Source: an uncultured Actinomycetes bacterium (GTDB taxonomy: Bacteria > Actinomycetota > Thermoleophilia > RBG-16-64-13). Taken from it: a DNA stretch of 64,000 nt. The stretch spans positions 86,388 through 150,387 of the forward strand of contig CAVVEI010000012.1 of the NCBI GenBank assembly GCA_963747275.1. The letters run 5' to 3'. The notes below the pieces were generated by a model that saw nothing but the letters and a program-made list of their open reading frames with translations, was not told where the DNA came from and did no database searches. The position numbers were made by a program, and so were the translations under genes. Positions 54,782 to 64,000 of this stretch are shown in pieces (the stretch's first letter is position 1; every line of letters starts with the position of its first letter).

Positions 54782-55018
54782 ATGTTCCATAACATCGGCT
54801 GGGGGGAGATACTAGTCGTCCTTGCCGTCATCCTGGTCATCTTCGGGGCGGCGAAGCTGCCACAGATCGCCCACTCCGTCGGCAAGTCGCTGACCAGCTT
54901 CAAGAAGGGGCTCAGAGAGACCGCCGATGATGTGAAGGACGCGATCAAAGAGGATGAGACTGAATCTACGGTCGCGTCCGACGGCAAAGATAAGCGCTCA
55001 AGCGATACTGGCGAGTAG
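54782..55018 (+). CDS. tatA: Twin-arginine translocase TatA
   Basis: IGWGEILVVLAVILVIFGAAKLP..GKSLTSFKKG. Confidence 0.93.
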   Translation: MFHNIGWGEILVVLAVILVIFGAAKLPQIAHSVGKSLTSFKKGLRETADDVKDAIKEDETESTVASDGKDKRSSDTGE

Positions 55019-55050
55019 CCGACCGACACCCAGGGCAGTTAGAGGGCCTG

Positions 55051-57777
55051 ATGAGTCAGAGTAAGGCACGGCCCCTGCCCGACAAGCAGGAATGGTACCG
55101 GCTCACCAAGGAACAGACCCTCGCCGAACTCGGCACCGACCTTGAGGTAGGCCTTGACGCTGAGGCTGTGCGGTCAAGGCTGGCCGAATACGGTCCCAAC
55201 GCCATCACATCACGCAAGGGCCCTGGGCACTTGAGGCGCGCTCTCTCTCAGTTCACTCAGCCCCTCATCCTGATACTCATCGCGGCCGGCGCGGTGACAG
55301 CATACCTGCAGGAGTGGGTGGACTCCGGAGTGATCTTCGGGGTGGTGTTAGTGAACGCGCTGGTGGGCTTCCTGCAAGAGGCAAAGGCCGTCAAGGCGAT
55401 AGAGGCTCTGTCCCGCTCCATGGTTACCCAAGCCGTGGTCTTGCGGAGCGGCCAGCGCGTCGTGTTGTCCGCCCATGACCTTGTACCTGGCGACGTGGTC
55501 ATCCTCCAAGCTGGTGACAAAGTCCCCGCCGACCTGCGCTTGGTCCAATCGCGAGATCTCAGGGTGGACGAGTCGACCCTCACCGGTGAGTCGCTGCCGG
55601 TGGACAAGACCACCGACCCGCTGGACGCGCAGACACCTCTGGCCGACCGCTCCAACATGAGCTACGCCACCACTCTGGTCACGGCCGGACAAGCAGTGGG
55701 GGTGGTGATCGCCACGGGCGACGGCACAGAGGTGGGCCGCATCTCTGACTTGATCACCAAAGTCCAGGATCACCAGACTCCGCTCACGCGTAAGATCGCC
55801 CAGTTCAGCAAGTATCTGCTTGTCGTGATCCTCGTGATGGCGGGGGTCACGGCGGGAGTCGGCCTGCTTCGCGGCGAGGGCGCGGTGGAGATGTTCCTCG
55901 CCGCTGTGGCTCTGGCCGTAGGCGCGATACCCGAAGGACTTCCGGCGGCGGTCACCATCGTCCTTGCCATCGGTGTTTCGAGAATGGCTCAACGCCGGGC
56001 CGTAATACGCAAGCTGCCCGCAGTAGAGACACTGGGTAGCACAACGGTCATCTGTTCCGACAAGACGGGCACCCTGACCCAGAACCAGATGACAGTGAAG
56101 CGAATAGCAGTCAGCGACGCTGTCTATGAGGTCAGCGGTGCCGGCTACGCTCCTGAGGGAGCCATCAAGACCAATGAAGGGGCATCCGCCGGGAACCCCG
56201 CGGCTGAAGTCCTCCGAGCGGGCGCCCTCTGCAACGATAGTTCTCTGCGCCAAAATGAGGGTCAGTGGCAAATACAGGGCGATCCCACCGAGGCTGCTTT
56301 GCTTGTATCGGCGGCGAAAGCCGGGCTCGATCGCGCCGAGGCCGATCGCATGTTCCCCCGCCTGGACACAGTCCCCTTCGAGTCACAGCACCAATACATG
56401 GCCACGCTGCACCGTACCGGCGACAAGGACCGAGTGGTATACGTAAAGGGCGCCGTGGAGAAGATCTTGGAGCGCTGCAGCACGCAACTGAACGCGGACG
56501 GCTCGGTAGGTGCGGCGGACGGGCGGCAGATCGAGGCACAAGCCTCGAGCATGGCCTCAGAGGGCATGCGCGTCTTGGCCTTCGCTCGCAAGGCACTGGA
56601 CGCTGAGGTAGATCGCATCGTCCACGAAGATCTGCAAGAAGGGCTGGTCTTTCTTGGCCTGCAGGGCATGATAGATCCGCCCCGTCCAGAAGCGATTGCA
56701 GCCGTGGAGGCCTGTCATGCGGCTGGAGTGCAGGTGAAGATGATCACGGGCGACCATGTGCTCACGGCTTCGGCCATCGCGCGCCAACTGCGACTCGGCG
56801 GCCTCGGGCACGCAGGCTCAGAGCTCACCACTATCTCCGGTGTCCAACTAGAGGCGCTCTCTGACGAAGAGCTGAGCGAAGTCGCGGAGAAGACCCACGT
56901 GTTTGCCCGGGTCACGCCCGAACAGAAACTGCGGTTGGTTGAAGCCCTGCAGGGGCGCGGGCACGTGGTGGCCATGACCGGCGACGGCGTCAACGATGCC
57001 CCTGCCCTGCGCCAGGCCGACATAGGCGTGGCCATGGGCATAACCGGCACAGAGGTTTCAAAAGAGGCCGCCGATATGGTGCTGACCGACGACAACTTCG
57101 CTTCCATAGAGGCCGCCGTCGAAGAAGGCCGCGGGGTCTTCGACAACTTGACCAAGTTCATCGCGTGGACCCTCCCCACCAACCTCGGAGAAGGCCTGGT
57201 GATTCTTGCGGCGGTGTTTGCTGGGGTCGCCCTGCCCATCCTGCCTGTCCAGATACTCTGGATCAATATGACCACCGCGGTCCTGCTGGGGCTGATGCTG
57301 GCCTTTGAGCCGAAAGAGACCGGCATCATGCAGCGCCCACCCCGAGCGCCCGGGGATCCGATCCTTACCCGGAGCCTCATCGGTCGCGTCTTCACCGTTG
57401 GGTTCCTGCTACTAGTGGCCTCTTTTGGCCTCTTTGAATATGCGGTGCGCACCGGTCACAGCCTCGCCGCAGCCCGGACCATGGCCGTCAACGTCTTCGT
57501 CTTCGGCGAGATGGCCTACCTGTTCAACTGCCGCTCGCTGACCCAAGCGTCCTGGAAGAGCAGCTTCTTCACCAACAAATACCTTTTCGGAGGAGTGGGC
57601 TTGATGGCCGCCCTGCAGGTCGCCTACACCTACGTGCCCAGCATGAACAGCCTCTTTGGGAGCGCACCGATGGGAGCGTTGGGATGGGCTCTGGTCTCGG
57701 CCGCCGCGGTCGTCATTCACGCGGTCATCGAACTGGAGAAGGCACTCAAGAGAAGAGGGGCCACTAGGGGAAAGTGA
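55051..57777 (+). CDS. Cation-transporting P-type ATPase (type IIA, Ca2+-like)
   Basis: TGES, IPEGLP, DKTGT, KGAVE, MITGD, TGDGVND, QILWIN. Confidence 0.95.
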   Translation: MSQSKARPLPDKQEWYRLTKEQTLAELGTDLEVGLDAEAVRSRLAEYGPNAITSRKGPGHLRRALSQFTQPLILILIAAGAVTAYLQEWVDSGVIFGVVLVNALVGFLQEAKAVKAIEALSRSMVTQAVVLRSGQRVVLSAHDLVPGDVVILQAGDKVPADLRLVQSRDLRVDESTLTGESLPVDKTTDPLDAQTPLADRSNMSYATTLVTAGQAVGVVIATGDGTEVGRISDLITKVQDHQTPLTRKIAQFSKYLLVVILVMAGVTAGVGLLRGEGAVEMFLAAVALAVGAIPEGLPAAVTIVLAIGVSRMAQRRAVIRKLPAVETLGSTTVICSDKTGTLTQNQMTVKRIAVSDAVYEVSGAGYAPEGAIKTNEGASAGNPAAEVLRAGALCNDSSLRQNEGQWQIQGDPTEAALLVSAAKAGLDRAEADRMFPRLDTVPFESQHQYMATLHRTGDKDRVVYVKGAVEKILERCSTQLNADGSVGAADGRQIEAQASSMASEGMRVLAFARKALDAEVDRIVHEDLQEGLVFLGLQGMIDPPRPEAIAAVEACHAAGVQVKMITGDHVLTASAIARQLRLGGLGHAGSELTTISGVQLEALSDEELSEVAEKTHVFARVTPEQKLRLVEALQGRGHVVAMTGDGVNDAPALRQADIGVAMGITGTEVSKEAADMVLTDDNFASIEAAVEEGRGVFDNLTKFIAWTLPTNLGEGLVILAAVFAGVALPILPVQILWINMTTAVLLGLMLAFEPKETGIMQRPPRAPGDPILTRSLIGRVFTVGFLLLVASFGLFEYAVRTGHSLAAARTMAVNVFVFGEMAYLFNCRSLTQASWKSSFFTNKYLFGGVGLMAALQVAYTYVPSMNSLFGSAPMGALGWALVSAAAVVIHAVIELEKALKRRGATRGK

Positions 57778-57807
57778 CCGCCTAGTCTGCCCTGCACGGG
57801 CACGCTC

Positions 57808-57816
57808 TGCTAGAAT
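57808..57816 (+). promoter_or_regulatory. Extended -10 element for the tRNA-Ser/Arg pair
   Basis: TGCTAGAAT upstream of the tRNAs. Confidence 0.55.
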
Positions 57817-57852
57817 ATGCGCTCGCTTAGGCGGCGGGCCTCGTCGCCATAT

Positions 57853-57946
57853 GGAGAAGTGGCCGAGAGGCTGAAGGCGCTCGCCTGCTAAGCGAGTGAA
57901 GGAGTGAATGCTCCTTCCGAGGGTTCGAATCCCTCCTTCTCCGCCA
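57853..57946 (+). tRNA. tRNA-Ser(GCT)
   Basis: GGAGAAG/CTTCTCC acceptor, CTCGC-CTGCTAA-GCGAG anticodon arm, long variable arm, encoded CCA. Confidence 0.96.
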
Positions 57947-57950
57947 ATGT

Positions 57951-58024
57951 GCGCCGGTAGCTCAGTTGGATAGAGCGTTGGTCTACGAAACCAGAGGTCG
58001 GAGGTTCGAATCCTCTCCGGCGCA
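57951..58024 (+). tRNA. tRNA-Arg(ACG)
   Basis: GCGCCGG/CCGGCGC acceptor, TTGGT-CTACGAA-ACCAG anticodon arm, GGTTCGAATCC. Confidence 0.96.
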
Positions 58025-58143
58025 CCTCGCCAGCACAGAACCTCCTGTTTTGGCGCTCTGTGGCTCCTAACGCCCGGAACCAGGGCCCGGAGGCCTGAGT
58101 CATACCTAGTGATCCCTGCAGTTGAAAACGACCCTGAGGTCCC

Positions 58144-58743
58144 ATGAACCGACCCCGCATAGTAGGTATAGTCTCTGCCGTGCTCGGCTCCAGCGCCGGC
58201 TTCCTGGCGCTCAGCCGCTGGCACCTTGCCGGCACCATCACCGGCGCCATCCTGATGCCCGTCATCTTCACCCTTGTTTCGTTCGGCTCGCACGAGAGCC
58301 TGGATAAGATAGGCGAGTGGATGCGCCGGCGCGTACTGAGGAAAGCGGGCCCTCCGGCGGAGGGTCCGGTCTCGGCCGAGGCTGGCGCCGCAGACGCACG
58401 CACCGAAGAAACCCCGGCGCCGCAGACCAAGAGGCGCGCAGCGCACAGTCTGCATTGGTCGGTGGTGACCTTGGCCTGCCTTGCTTTCGCGGTGAGTGTC
58501 TATTCCCTGACTCACACTGGAGAAGGCACCACAATACTTCGCGAGAAGGTCGTGCAGACGGTCACCGTCACCTCAGAGCGGTCCGCCCTCTCAGTGGCAA
58601 GTGGCAACATCAGCGACGCGGCTGCCGGTGGGAGCGTGGGCAACCTGCCGACGACCACCATCACGACTCCGGGCGTGGGCGACCCGCCGGAGACCACGGT
58701 CTCGACCACGGCCATCCAGACTACGACCACCACCCTGCCCTAG
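58144..58743 (+). CDS. Hypothetical membrane protein with Thr-rich tail
   Basis: Three hydrophobic segments and a TTTTT tail; GAGG RBS. Confidence 0.65.
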   Translation: MNRPRIVGIVSAVLGSSAGFLALSRWHLAGTITGAILMPVIFTLVSFGSHESLDKIGEWMRRRVLRKAGPPAEGPVSAEAGAADARTEETPAPQTKRRAAHSLHWSVVTLACLAFAVSVYSLTHTGEGTTILREKVVQTVTVTSERSALSVASGNISDAAAGGSVGNLPTTTITTPGVGDPPETTVSTTAIQTTTTTLP

Positions 58744-58768
58744 CACGAGAGCGCAGGGCGCGATGGGG

Positions 58769-59674
58769 TCAATCCCGTCGCGCTCTATTAAGGGCCTCTT
58801 CGTCGCAGAGGGGGTCGCTTGAGCGCTTGCAGCCGTAACTGGCATAGGCTACGCCATTCTTGGCCTTGAGTTTGACGGAGTACATGAGGTCGTCCGCCAT
58901 CTTCACCAGCGCTTCGCCGTCTGCCGGTGGTTCGTGACAAGTGACCGCGCCCGCGCTGAACGTTACCGGCCAACCGCCCGTACGCATCTCTTGGGTAACA
59001 CGCTCGATTACTTCGGCGACCGCGGCCCGCGCAGCCTCTTCATCCGTCTCGGGACACAAGAAGGCGAACTCGTCACCCCCCAGCCGGGCTACGATGTCGG
59101 TCCGCCGCAGGCGAGCCTTCGCACACTCCGCTACTACTCGCAACACCTTGTCGCCAACGAGGTGACCGAAGCTGTCGTTCACCGCCTTGAAGCCATCCAA
59201 GTCCATGTAGACGAGGGTCAGTGGATGACCATAGCGACCGAGGCGCTCCAACTCGCCCTCGAGTGACTCATAGAAGAGTGCCGAGTTTGCGGCACCTGTG
59301 AGATTGTCGACGTGCGAAGACTGCTCGAGCCGTCTGATTGCTCTGTGCAACACCCAGAGCACGTAAATGATCGTGGCGAAGAGGGCAAGCCGGATAGCAG
59401 TGTTCAGTCCCAAAATGAGTGCGCTTGGATGGACCCCATCGACAATATCGGCCGCGAGCCAGATGCCGCCAGAGACTATCGCAGTGCCCGCCCCAAATGC
59501 CGGGCCCGCCAGCCAGGCCACCAGTCCGATGGGGAGCACGTAGAGAGAAGAGAGCACCACTTCGTGTCCGCTGAAGTAGTCCACCACGCCCAGCAGGGCA
59601 CTGAGGACCAACCCCACCACCACCACACCCCACCGCGGCAGACTACCCCGACCGGTCGCCCATCTGAACCTCAC
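58769..59674 (-). CDS. Membrane diguanylate cyclase
   Basis: About four TM helices, DNLTG, DLDGFKAVND, RRTD I-site, RLGGDEF. Confidence 0.93.
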   Translation of the reverse strand: MRFRWATGRGSLPRWGVVVVGLVLSALLGVVDYFSGHEVVLSSLYVLPIGLVAWLAGPAFGAGTAIVSGGIWLAADIVDGVHPSALILGLNTAIRLALFATIIYVLWVLHRAIRRLEQSSHVDNLTGAANSALFYESLEGELERLGRYGHPLTLVYMDLDGFKAVNDSFGHLVGDKVLRVVAECAKARLRRTDIVARLGGDEFAFLCPETDEEAARAAVAEVIERVTQEMRTGGWPVTFSAGAVTCHEPPADGEALVKMADDLMYSVKLKAKNGVAYASYGCKRSSDPLCDEEALNRARRD

Positions 59675-59868
59675 GCGTGCTCCTTTGTTCGTATCCTATT
59701 GTTATCGACGTCTCGCGCTCGCGCATGAGCGATAGACCCACGAACCCTCGCTTCCACAACCGGGGTGACTGGCGCGCCGGCCTCGGCTCGTATTACACTG
59801 GACAGCACAAGACTAGGAGAGCAGGCAGTGTCGTGGGCCGCAGGACGGCCCGGTGTGGGAGGAGATCG

Positions 59869-60099
59869 GTGGAAGACAAGCGCAACAAGCTGCAACAGAA
59901 GTACTACGTTGAGCGCATCGATGGTCGCGACCGAGCCGGCGGTGATCGCGCGGGCTCCAAGTACTTCGTCTTGGACTACATCCACGACCCCTATTCGCTC
60001 CCTGCACTCGAGGCCTACGCGCAGGCCTGCTACAAGGACTTTCCCAACCTCTCCGAAGAGGTGAGGGCACTCATCCAGCAACTCAAGAGCGCCATGTAG
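59869..60099 (+). CDS. Small hypothetical protein, phage-like
   Basis: GGAGG RBS before GTG; KYYVERIDGRD..KYFVLD..HDPYSLPALEAYA.AC. Confidence 0.7.
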   Translation: MEDKRNKLQQKYYVERIDGRDRAGGDRAGSKYFVLDYIHDPYSLPALEAYAQACYKDFPNLSEEVRALIQQLKSAM

Positions 60100-60252
60100 C
60101 AGCTGCTTTCGGCCCTGATCTGAGGGATAGATCATTGCCGAGAAGACCCGCAAACCCGCTCCCAGATTGAGGGCCGCTGGGAGCGAAAAGTCGGCCGCTG
60201 CGACCACTCGCACAGACCGTGGTTTTCCTGCTCCTCGGCACCTCTTGGCACC

Positions 60253-60280
60253 TTGACTCTGGGGCCGATCGGACTACAAT
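60253..60280 (+). promoter_or_regulatory. Sigma70-type promoter
   Basis: TTGACT-N16-TACAAT in an AT-enriched patch. Confidence 0.65.
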
Positions 60281-60287
60281 TCAAATT

Positions 60288-60441
60288 GAGTCCCGAGAGT
60301 TCACACGCAGCGTCTGAGGAACTCACAAGGGGGTCCGGGGAGGAAACGCGGAGGTAAACGGCCGCGCGGTACATTGAGCCGGATCTGCAGTGGGAGCTGT
60401 TGAAAGGCGAAAAGCGAGTTCACTCGGGGCTCGCTTTTTTT
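60288..60441 (+). ncRNA. Candidate ~150-nt structured RNA (6S-like or attenuator; family unassigned)
   Basis: Bounded by a promoter and a terminator, no convincing ORF; 5' GAGTCCCGAG can pair with 3' CTCGGGGCTC; inner GGTCCGG/CCGGATC and GCGG/CCGC stems. Confidence 0.55.
60410..60441 (+). terminator. Rho-independent terminator
   Basis: AAAAGCGAGTTC-ACTCG-GGGCTCGC followed by T7. Confidence 0.8.
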
Positions 60442-60572
60442 GTTGCCTGGACCCTCCCCCGCGCGCCCAACTACCCCTAGTCTTGGCCACGTGGTGCCTG
60501 CGCGACGCGGGCTAGAACGACGGCCACGAGACGCGGGCCCCAACACACAGACGGGCTCGAAGACCTCACTGT

Positions 60573-60669
60573 GCCGCCAGGGACATCGCCGCGGAGTGGT
60601 CGAGAGACCTTGAACGCGGGCGACGCGGTGACGTCCCTGGCGGCCCCCTTGAACGCGGGCGAAGCGGTG
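60573..60669. repeat. Conserved-loop hairpin element, copy C
   Basis: Arms 60573-60592 and 60625-60644; loop GGAGTGGTCGAGAGACCTTGAACGCGGGCGAC; trailing CCTTGAACGCGGGCGAAGCGG. Confidence 0.9.
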
Positions 60670-60753
60670 AAGTCCAACCCAACGTGCGGGTTCCTGTCCG
60701 GTGGGTCGGCTATGCTCCCTCTCACGGTGGACAGACGAGACCGGAGGAGTCCC

Positions 60754-60975
60754 ATGTTGATATCAGTGCTCGCAGGCTCGATCATTCTTGTGGCGTGCGT
60801 CGCCTACGTCATCTATCGTAAGTTCTCGGTCACAAGGCAGCACATAGAGTTCGAGGCGCCGCAGGACGGCGTGGCCGCCATCTATCTGGACATACGCGAA
60901 GACACAGTGTGTGGGCTCCATATCCTCCACAAGGACGGCACTGTCAGCGAGGTACGCGAGCTTCGCGCTGCTTGA
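60754..60975 (+). CDS. Small single-pass membrane protein
   Basis: GGAGGAG RBS, ATG at 60754, N-terminal TM helix. Confidence 0.65.
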   Translation: MLISVLAGSIILVACVAYVIYRKFSVTRQHIEFEAPQDGVAAIYLDIREDTVCGLHILHKDGTVSEVRELRAA

Positions 60976-60998
60976 AGCACGGCCTGTATCATGAAGGT

Positions 60999-61475
60999 AT
61001 GGACCTGCCGAAGAGTGAAGACCACCGCCTCATGGCTCTTGCCTTGGATGAAGCCCGCCTCGCAGCCAAGCAGGACGAGGTCCCCGTGGGCGCTGTGCTC
61101 GTGGTGGCAGGTGAGGTCATCGCCTCCCGTGGGAATGAACGCGAGCGTCGCCACGACCCCACTGCCCACGCCGAGATGCTCGTACTGCGCGACGGCGCCG
61201 GTCTTGTGGGCGGGTGGCGGCTGAGCGAGGCCACCCTCTATGTCACTTTGGAGCCTTGCGCGATGTGCGCGGGCGCGATCGTCCTCGCGCGCATCAAGAG
61301 ACTCGTGTACGGAGCCGATGATCCCAAGGCCGGGGCCGCCGGCACCATCTTCAACATCGTCGACCACCCGGCGCTCAACCATCGACCCGAGGTGAGGGCC
61401 GGCGTCATGGCCGACGAGTCGGCGGAGTTGCTGCGTGAGTTCTTCGCCGAACGGCGGGAACGCGACCTCTTGTGA
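60999..61475 (+). CDS. tadA: tRNA adenosine(34) deaminase
   Basis: EVPVGAV, DPTAHAE, TLEPCAMC, DPKAGA, LNH. Confidence 0.95.
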   Translation: MDLPKSEDHRLMALALDEARLAAKQDEVPVGAVLVVAGEVIASRGNERERRHDPTAHAEMLVLRDGAGLVGGWRLSEATLYVTLEPCAMCAGAIVLARIKRLVYGADDPKAGAAGTIFNIVDHPALNHRPEVRAGVMADESAELLREFFAERRERDLL

Positions 61476-62400
61476 GCGCGGCCCATACGCATGAGGCCCT
61501 GCCCCCGGGGGCGCCAGACCGACGGCTCCTAGTGAGCTTGGTCCTCAATCTGCTGATCACTCTGGCGCAGATAGTCGGAGGTCTTATAGCAAACAGCTTG
61601 GGCCTGTTGTCCGACGCCGCCCACAACCTCAGTGATGTAGTCGCCTTGGGCCTGAGTCTCTGGGCCATCCGGCTGGTCAGACGCGCCGCCACTCACCGCC
61701 ATACCTTCGCCTACAAGCGAGCGGAGATACTCGTGGCCCTGTTCAACGCCGTCGTCCTCATCGCCATCTCAGCCTACATAGTCGTCGAGGCCATCAGGCG
61801 CATCATCACCCCCGCCGCGGTGGACGGTCTTTGGGTCATGGTCTTCGCGGCCGGCGGCCTGCTCATCAACGGCCTGGCCGCCCTGCTCCTGCGCTCGCAC
61901 GAGCATGATCTCAATCTGCGCAGCGCCTTCCTACACCTGGTGGGCGATGCCTTCACCAGCCTGGGCGTGATCGTGAGCGGGCTCGTGATCTACCTGTGGG
62001 GCTGGGACTACGCCGACGCCATCGTCTCCATACTGGTATCCATCTGGATAAGCCGCGAGGCCTTCGCCATCGTCAAGAGCGCAGTCAACGTGCTCATGGA
62101 GGGCACCCCGGAGGGTGTGGACTACCACTCCGTAGAAGAGGCCATCTCGGCGGTGCCGGGGGTGAGAGGCGTTCACGACCTGCACATCTGGTCGCTCTCG
62201 TCGAACGACCTGGCCATGTCGGCTCATGTGGAGGTAGAAGACGCCGCTGTCTCTGAGTCGACCACCTTGCTGGCCACGGTCAAAGAGATCCTTGCGCACG
62301 AATTCCACATAGGACACGCCACTCTGGAGCTGGAGACCGAAGGGGGCGAGTGCGCGGGCAGCACCTGCGCGGTGCCGCCCGAGACTGCGCCTGGGCTAGC
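61472..62400 (+). CDS. CDF family metal efflux transporter (CzcD-like); 3' end uncertain
   Basis: LLSDAAHNLSD, TFAYKRAE, AFLHLVGD, VHDLHIW, HATLELE. The track ORF runs to 62587 into the tRNA; an out-of-frame TAG at 62397 may be the true stop. Confidence 0.88.
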
Positions 62401-62565
62401 CTGCGACCTCAAGAATGCCGAGTATCTGCGCATCGGAGTGCCAGCTGCACCCAAGCCTCTTACGTCTCGGCCCTGTTCTTCTGCTGTCAGGGCGCGGGCT
62501 CATCCGCTACAATCCCTCTGCACTGGGCGAGATTTCGGGAAAGGCTCGCCCGGCGCACAAAACCC

Positions 62566-62653
<88 letters not shown>

Positions 62654-62678
62654 TTAGGAAAGGCGAGTTCGGCAGTTG

Positions 62679-62704
62679 AAGCCCGGTCATTCAGGCCGGG
62701 TTTT
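62679..62704 (+). terminator. Terminator after tRNA-Ser(CGA)
   Basis: AAGCCCGGTC-ATTCA-GGCCGGGTTTT. Confidence 0.6.
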
Positions 62705-62889
62705 CGCGTCTTTGGGGCGAGTTTGGAGGCAATTCGGAGGGCAAGATCGTCACCAGCAGACGGCATCAGACGCTGCCGCGAGAAACGAGCCGATAAGCGT
62801 ACAGATCACCAGGTCTGAAACACGGCAATCTGGAGATCTTATCGACTCGTCTCCCGCGCACTTTCAATCTCGGCAGCAGTGGCCGGATA

Positions 62890-63897
62890 CTACTTCAGAT
62901 GACTATCAAGCCAATCGAGCACCAGGGCCACGTTCGCAGCGGTGGTGAACTCCGGGCCGGCGTGGCCTGCTCCTTCGAGGAGTTTCAGGGTCACATTCCC
63001 AGCGCCGAGCACCTTGGTAAGAGCGGCCGCGAAGTCGACAGACTGCTCGGTGGGGACGTTACCGTCCGCCGTGCCGTGCTGGATGAAGAATGGCGGATCG
63101 TCCGAGGTGATGTAGGTTGTTGGGTCCGCCTGCGCTACCAGTTCCGGCACCGCGGTCAGGGCACTGCCCAGCAACTGCGATTCTGGAGAGTCGGAAGCAT
63201 TGTGGTTCGCCGGACCGATGCCACTGGCCGTGAACTGGGGGTCCATCTGCAGGAAGTTGATGGGGCCGAACCAATCCACCACTGCCTGAACCGCACTGGA
63301 CTGGTCCGGGTTGCCTTGGCTCATGTCCTCAAGGCCGGCCACCCCGCTCGAGGTTCCCAACATAGCGGCCAGGTATCCGCCGGCGGAGCCACCCCAGGCG
63401 GCGATCTTGTCGGGGTCGAGATTGTACGTGCCGGCATTGGCGCGAAGGAAGCGGATGGCGGCCTTGACATCGTTGATCTGGGCCGGGAACTTGGCTTCTT
63501 TGCTGAGACGATAGTTGACCGATACGACCGCATAGCCTCGATCGAGTCCCGCCAGCATGGGGGCCAGCTGTCCGTCGGCCTTGTCACCCATCAGGAAGGC
63601 CCCGCCATGAATGGCCACGATGACGGGGAAAGGACCGCTCCCGCTGCTGGGCAGATAGATATCGAGCTTCTGAGATGCTGAGGCCTCGGCATAGGCAACA
63701 TCAAGGTATTGGGTCTCCCCAGAGCTGGCGTTGGTGCTCCCTGTACCCCCGCCCTGTTCGGATGAGAGAGTGGCTGCGACAGACGTGGTGCTGGGGGTGA
63801 GCGTGGTCGCTTCCCCGCACCCGGCTAGGAAAGCCAGCCCAAAGGACACGATCGAGATGACCAGTATCAGAAGCGAGAACAGGTTACGTCTACTCAA
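62890..63897 (-). CDS. Alpha/beta hydrolase (HSL-like esterase) lipoprotein
   Basis: GGAGG RBS before TTG 63897, LAGC lipobox, HGGAF, GGSAGG, HGTAD, GAGH. Confidence 0.9.
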   Translation of the reverse strand: MSRRNLFSLLILVISIVSFGLAFLAGCGEATTLTPSTTSVAATLSSEQGGGTGSTNASSGETQYLDVAYAEASASQKLDIYLPSSGSGPFPVIVAIHGGAFLMGDKADGQLAPMLAGLDRGYAVVSVNYRLSKEAKFPAQINDVKAAIRFLRANAGTYNLDPDKIAAWGGSAGGYLAAMLGTSSGVAGLEDMSQGNPDQSSAVQAVVDWFGPINFLQMDPQFTASGIGPANHNASDSPESQLLGSALTAVPELVAQADPTTYITSDDPPFFIQHGTADGNVPTEQSVDFAAALTKVLGAGNVTLKLLEGAGHAGPEFTTAANVALVLDWLDSHLK

Positions 63898-64000
63898 TTG
63901 ACTTGACCTCCGATATGACACGCAGTGACGATTGCCATAACAGAATATCGATTTCGTTATAAGGGCGGCGTAAGGCCGGCCCACTATTCAAGACGCTCGA

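Noticed and set aside
56488-56501. TGAACGCGGACGG match to the hairpin loop motif
   Set aside because: Inside the P-type ATPase coding sequence (LNADG), without flanking arms or GAGAGACC; probably chance.
60136-60200. GCAAACCC...hairpin...GAAAAG as a c-di-GMP-I riboswitch
   Set aside because: Lacks the GNRA loop and GACGCAAA/P2 elements; only a 9-bp hairpin is supported.

Overview
High-GC bacterial chromosomal window, most consistent with an anaerobic Actinomycetota lineage (inferred from the fhaA-fhaB-pstP-rodA-pbpA-pknB cluster next to tRNA-Leu, fused glyQS, and Hdr/MvhD genes). Core blocks: glyQS plus the kinase/cell-division cluster (2.8-16 kb) and pheA-serS-pncB (18-22 kb). Five tRNAs: Leu-CAG, Ser-TGA, Ser-GCT, Arg-ACG, Ser-CGA. 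An accessory block follows tRNA-Ser(TGA): a 37-aa repeat microprotein, a secreted M23/lectin protein, a type I R-M system, a surface protein and a decayed hicAB. Next is an ArsR-TusA-MvhD-HdrA-HdrA-wHTH-QmoC-like-DsrE operon with no HdrB, then HD-GYP/HEAT, esterases, Tat-DUF362/polyferredoxin, UvrD, tatA, a P-type ATPase, GGDEF, tadA and a CDF transporter. About 17 genes, including essential ones, carry apparent single-base frameshifts, probably sequencing errors. Most unusual signals: (1) a three-copy hairpin element with a conserved ~31-nt loop and variable but compensated 18-20 bp stems; (2) the HdrB-less Hdr/sulfur-carrier operon with an atypical MvhD; (3) a promoter/terminator-bounded ~150-nt candidate ncRNA; (4) the unannotated repeat microprotein. 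All family assignments come from motif recognition by eye; no searches were run.
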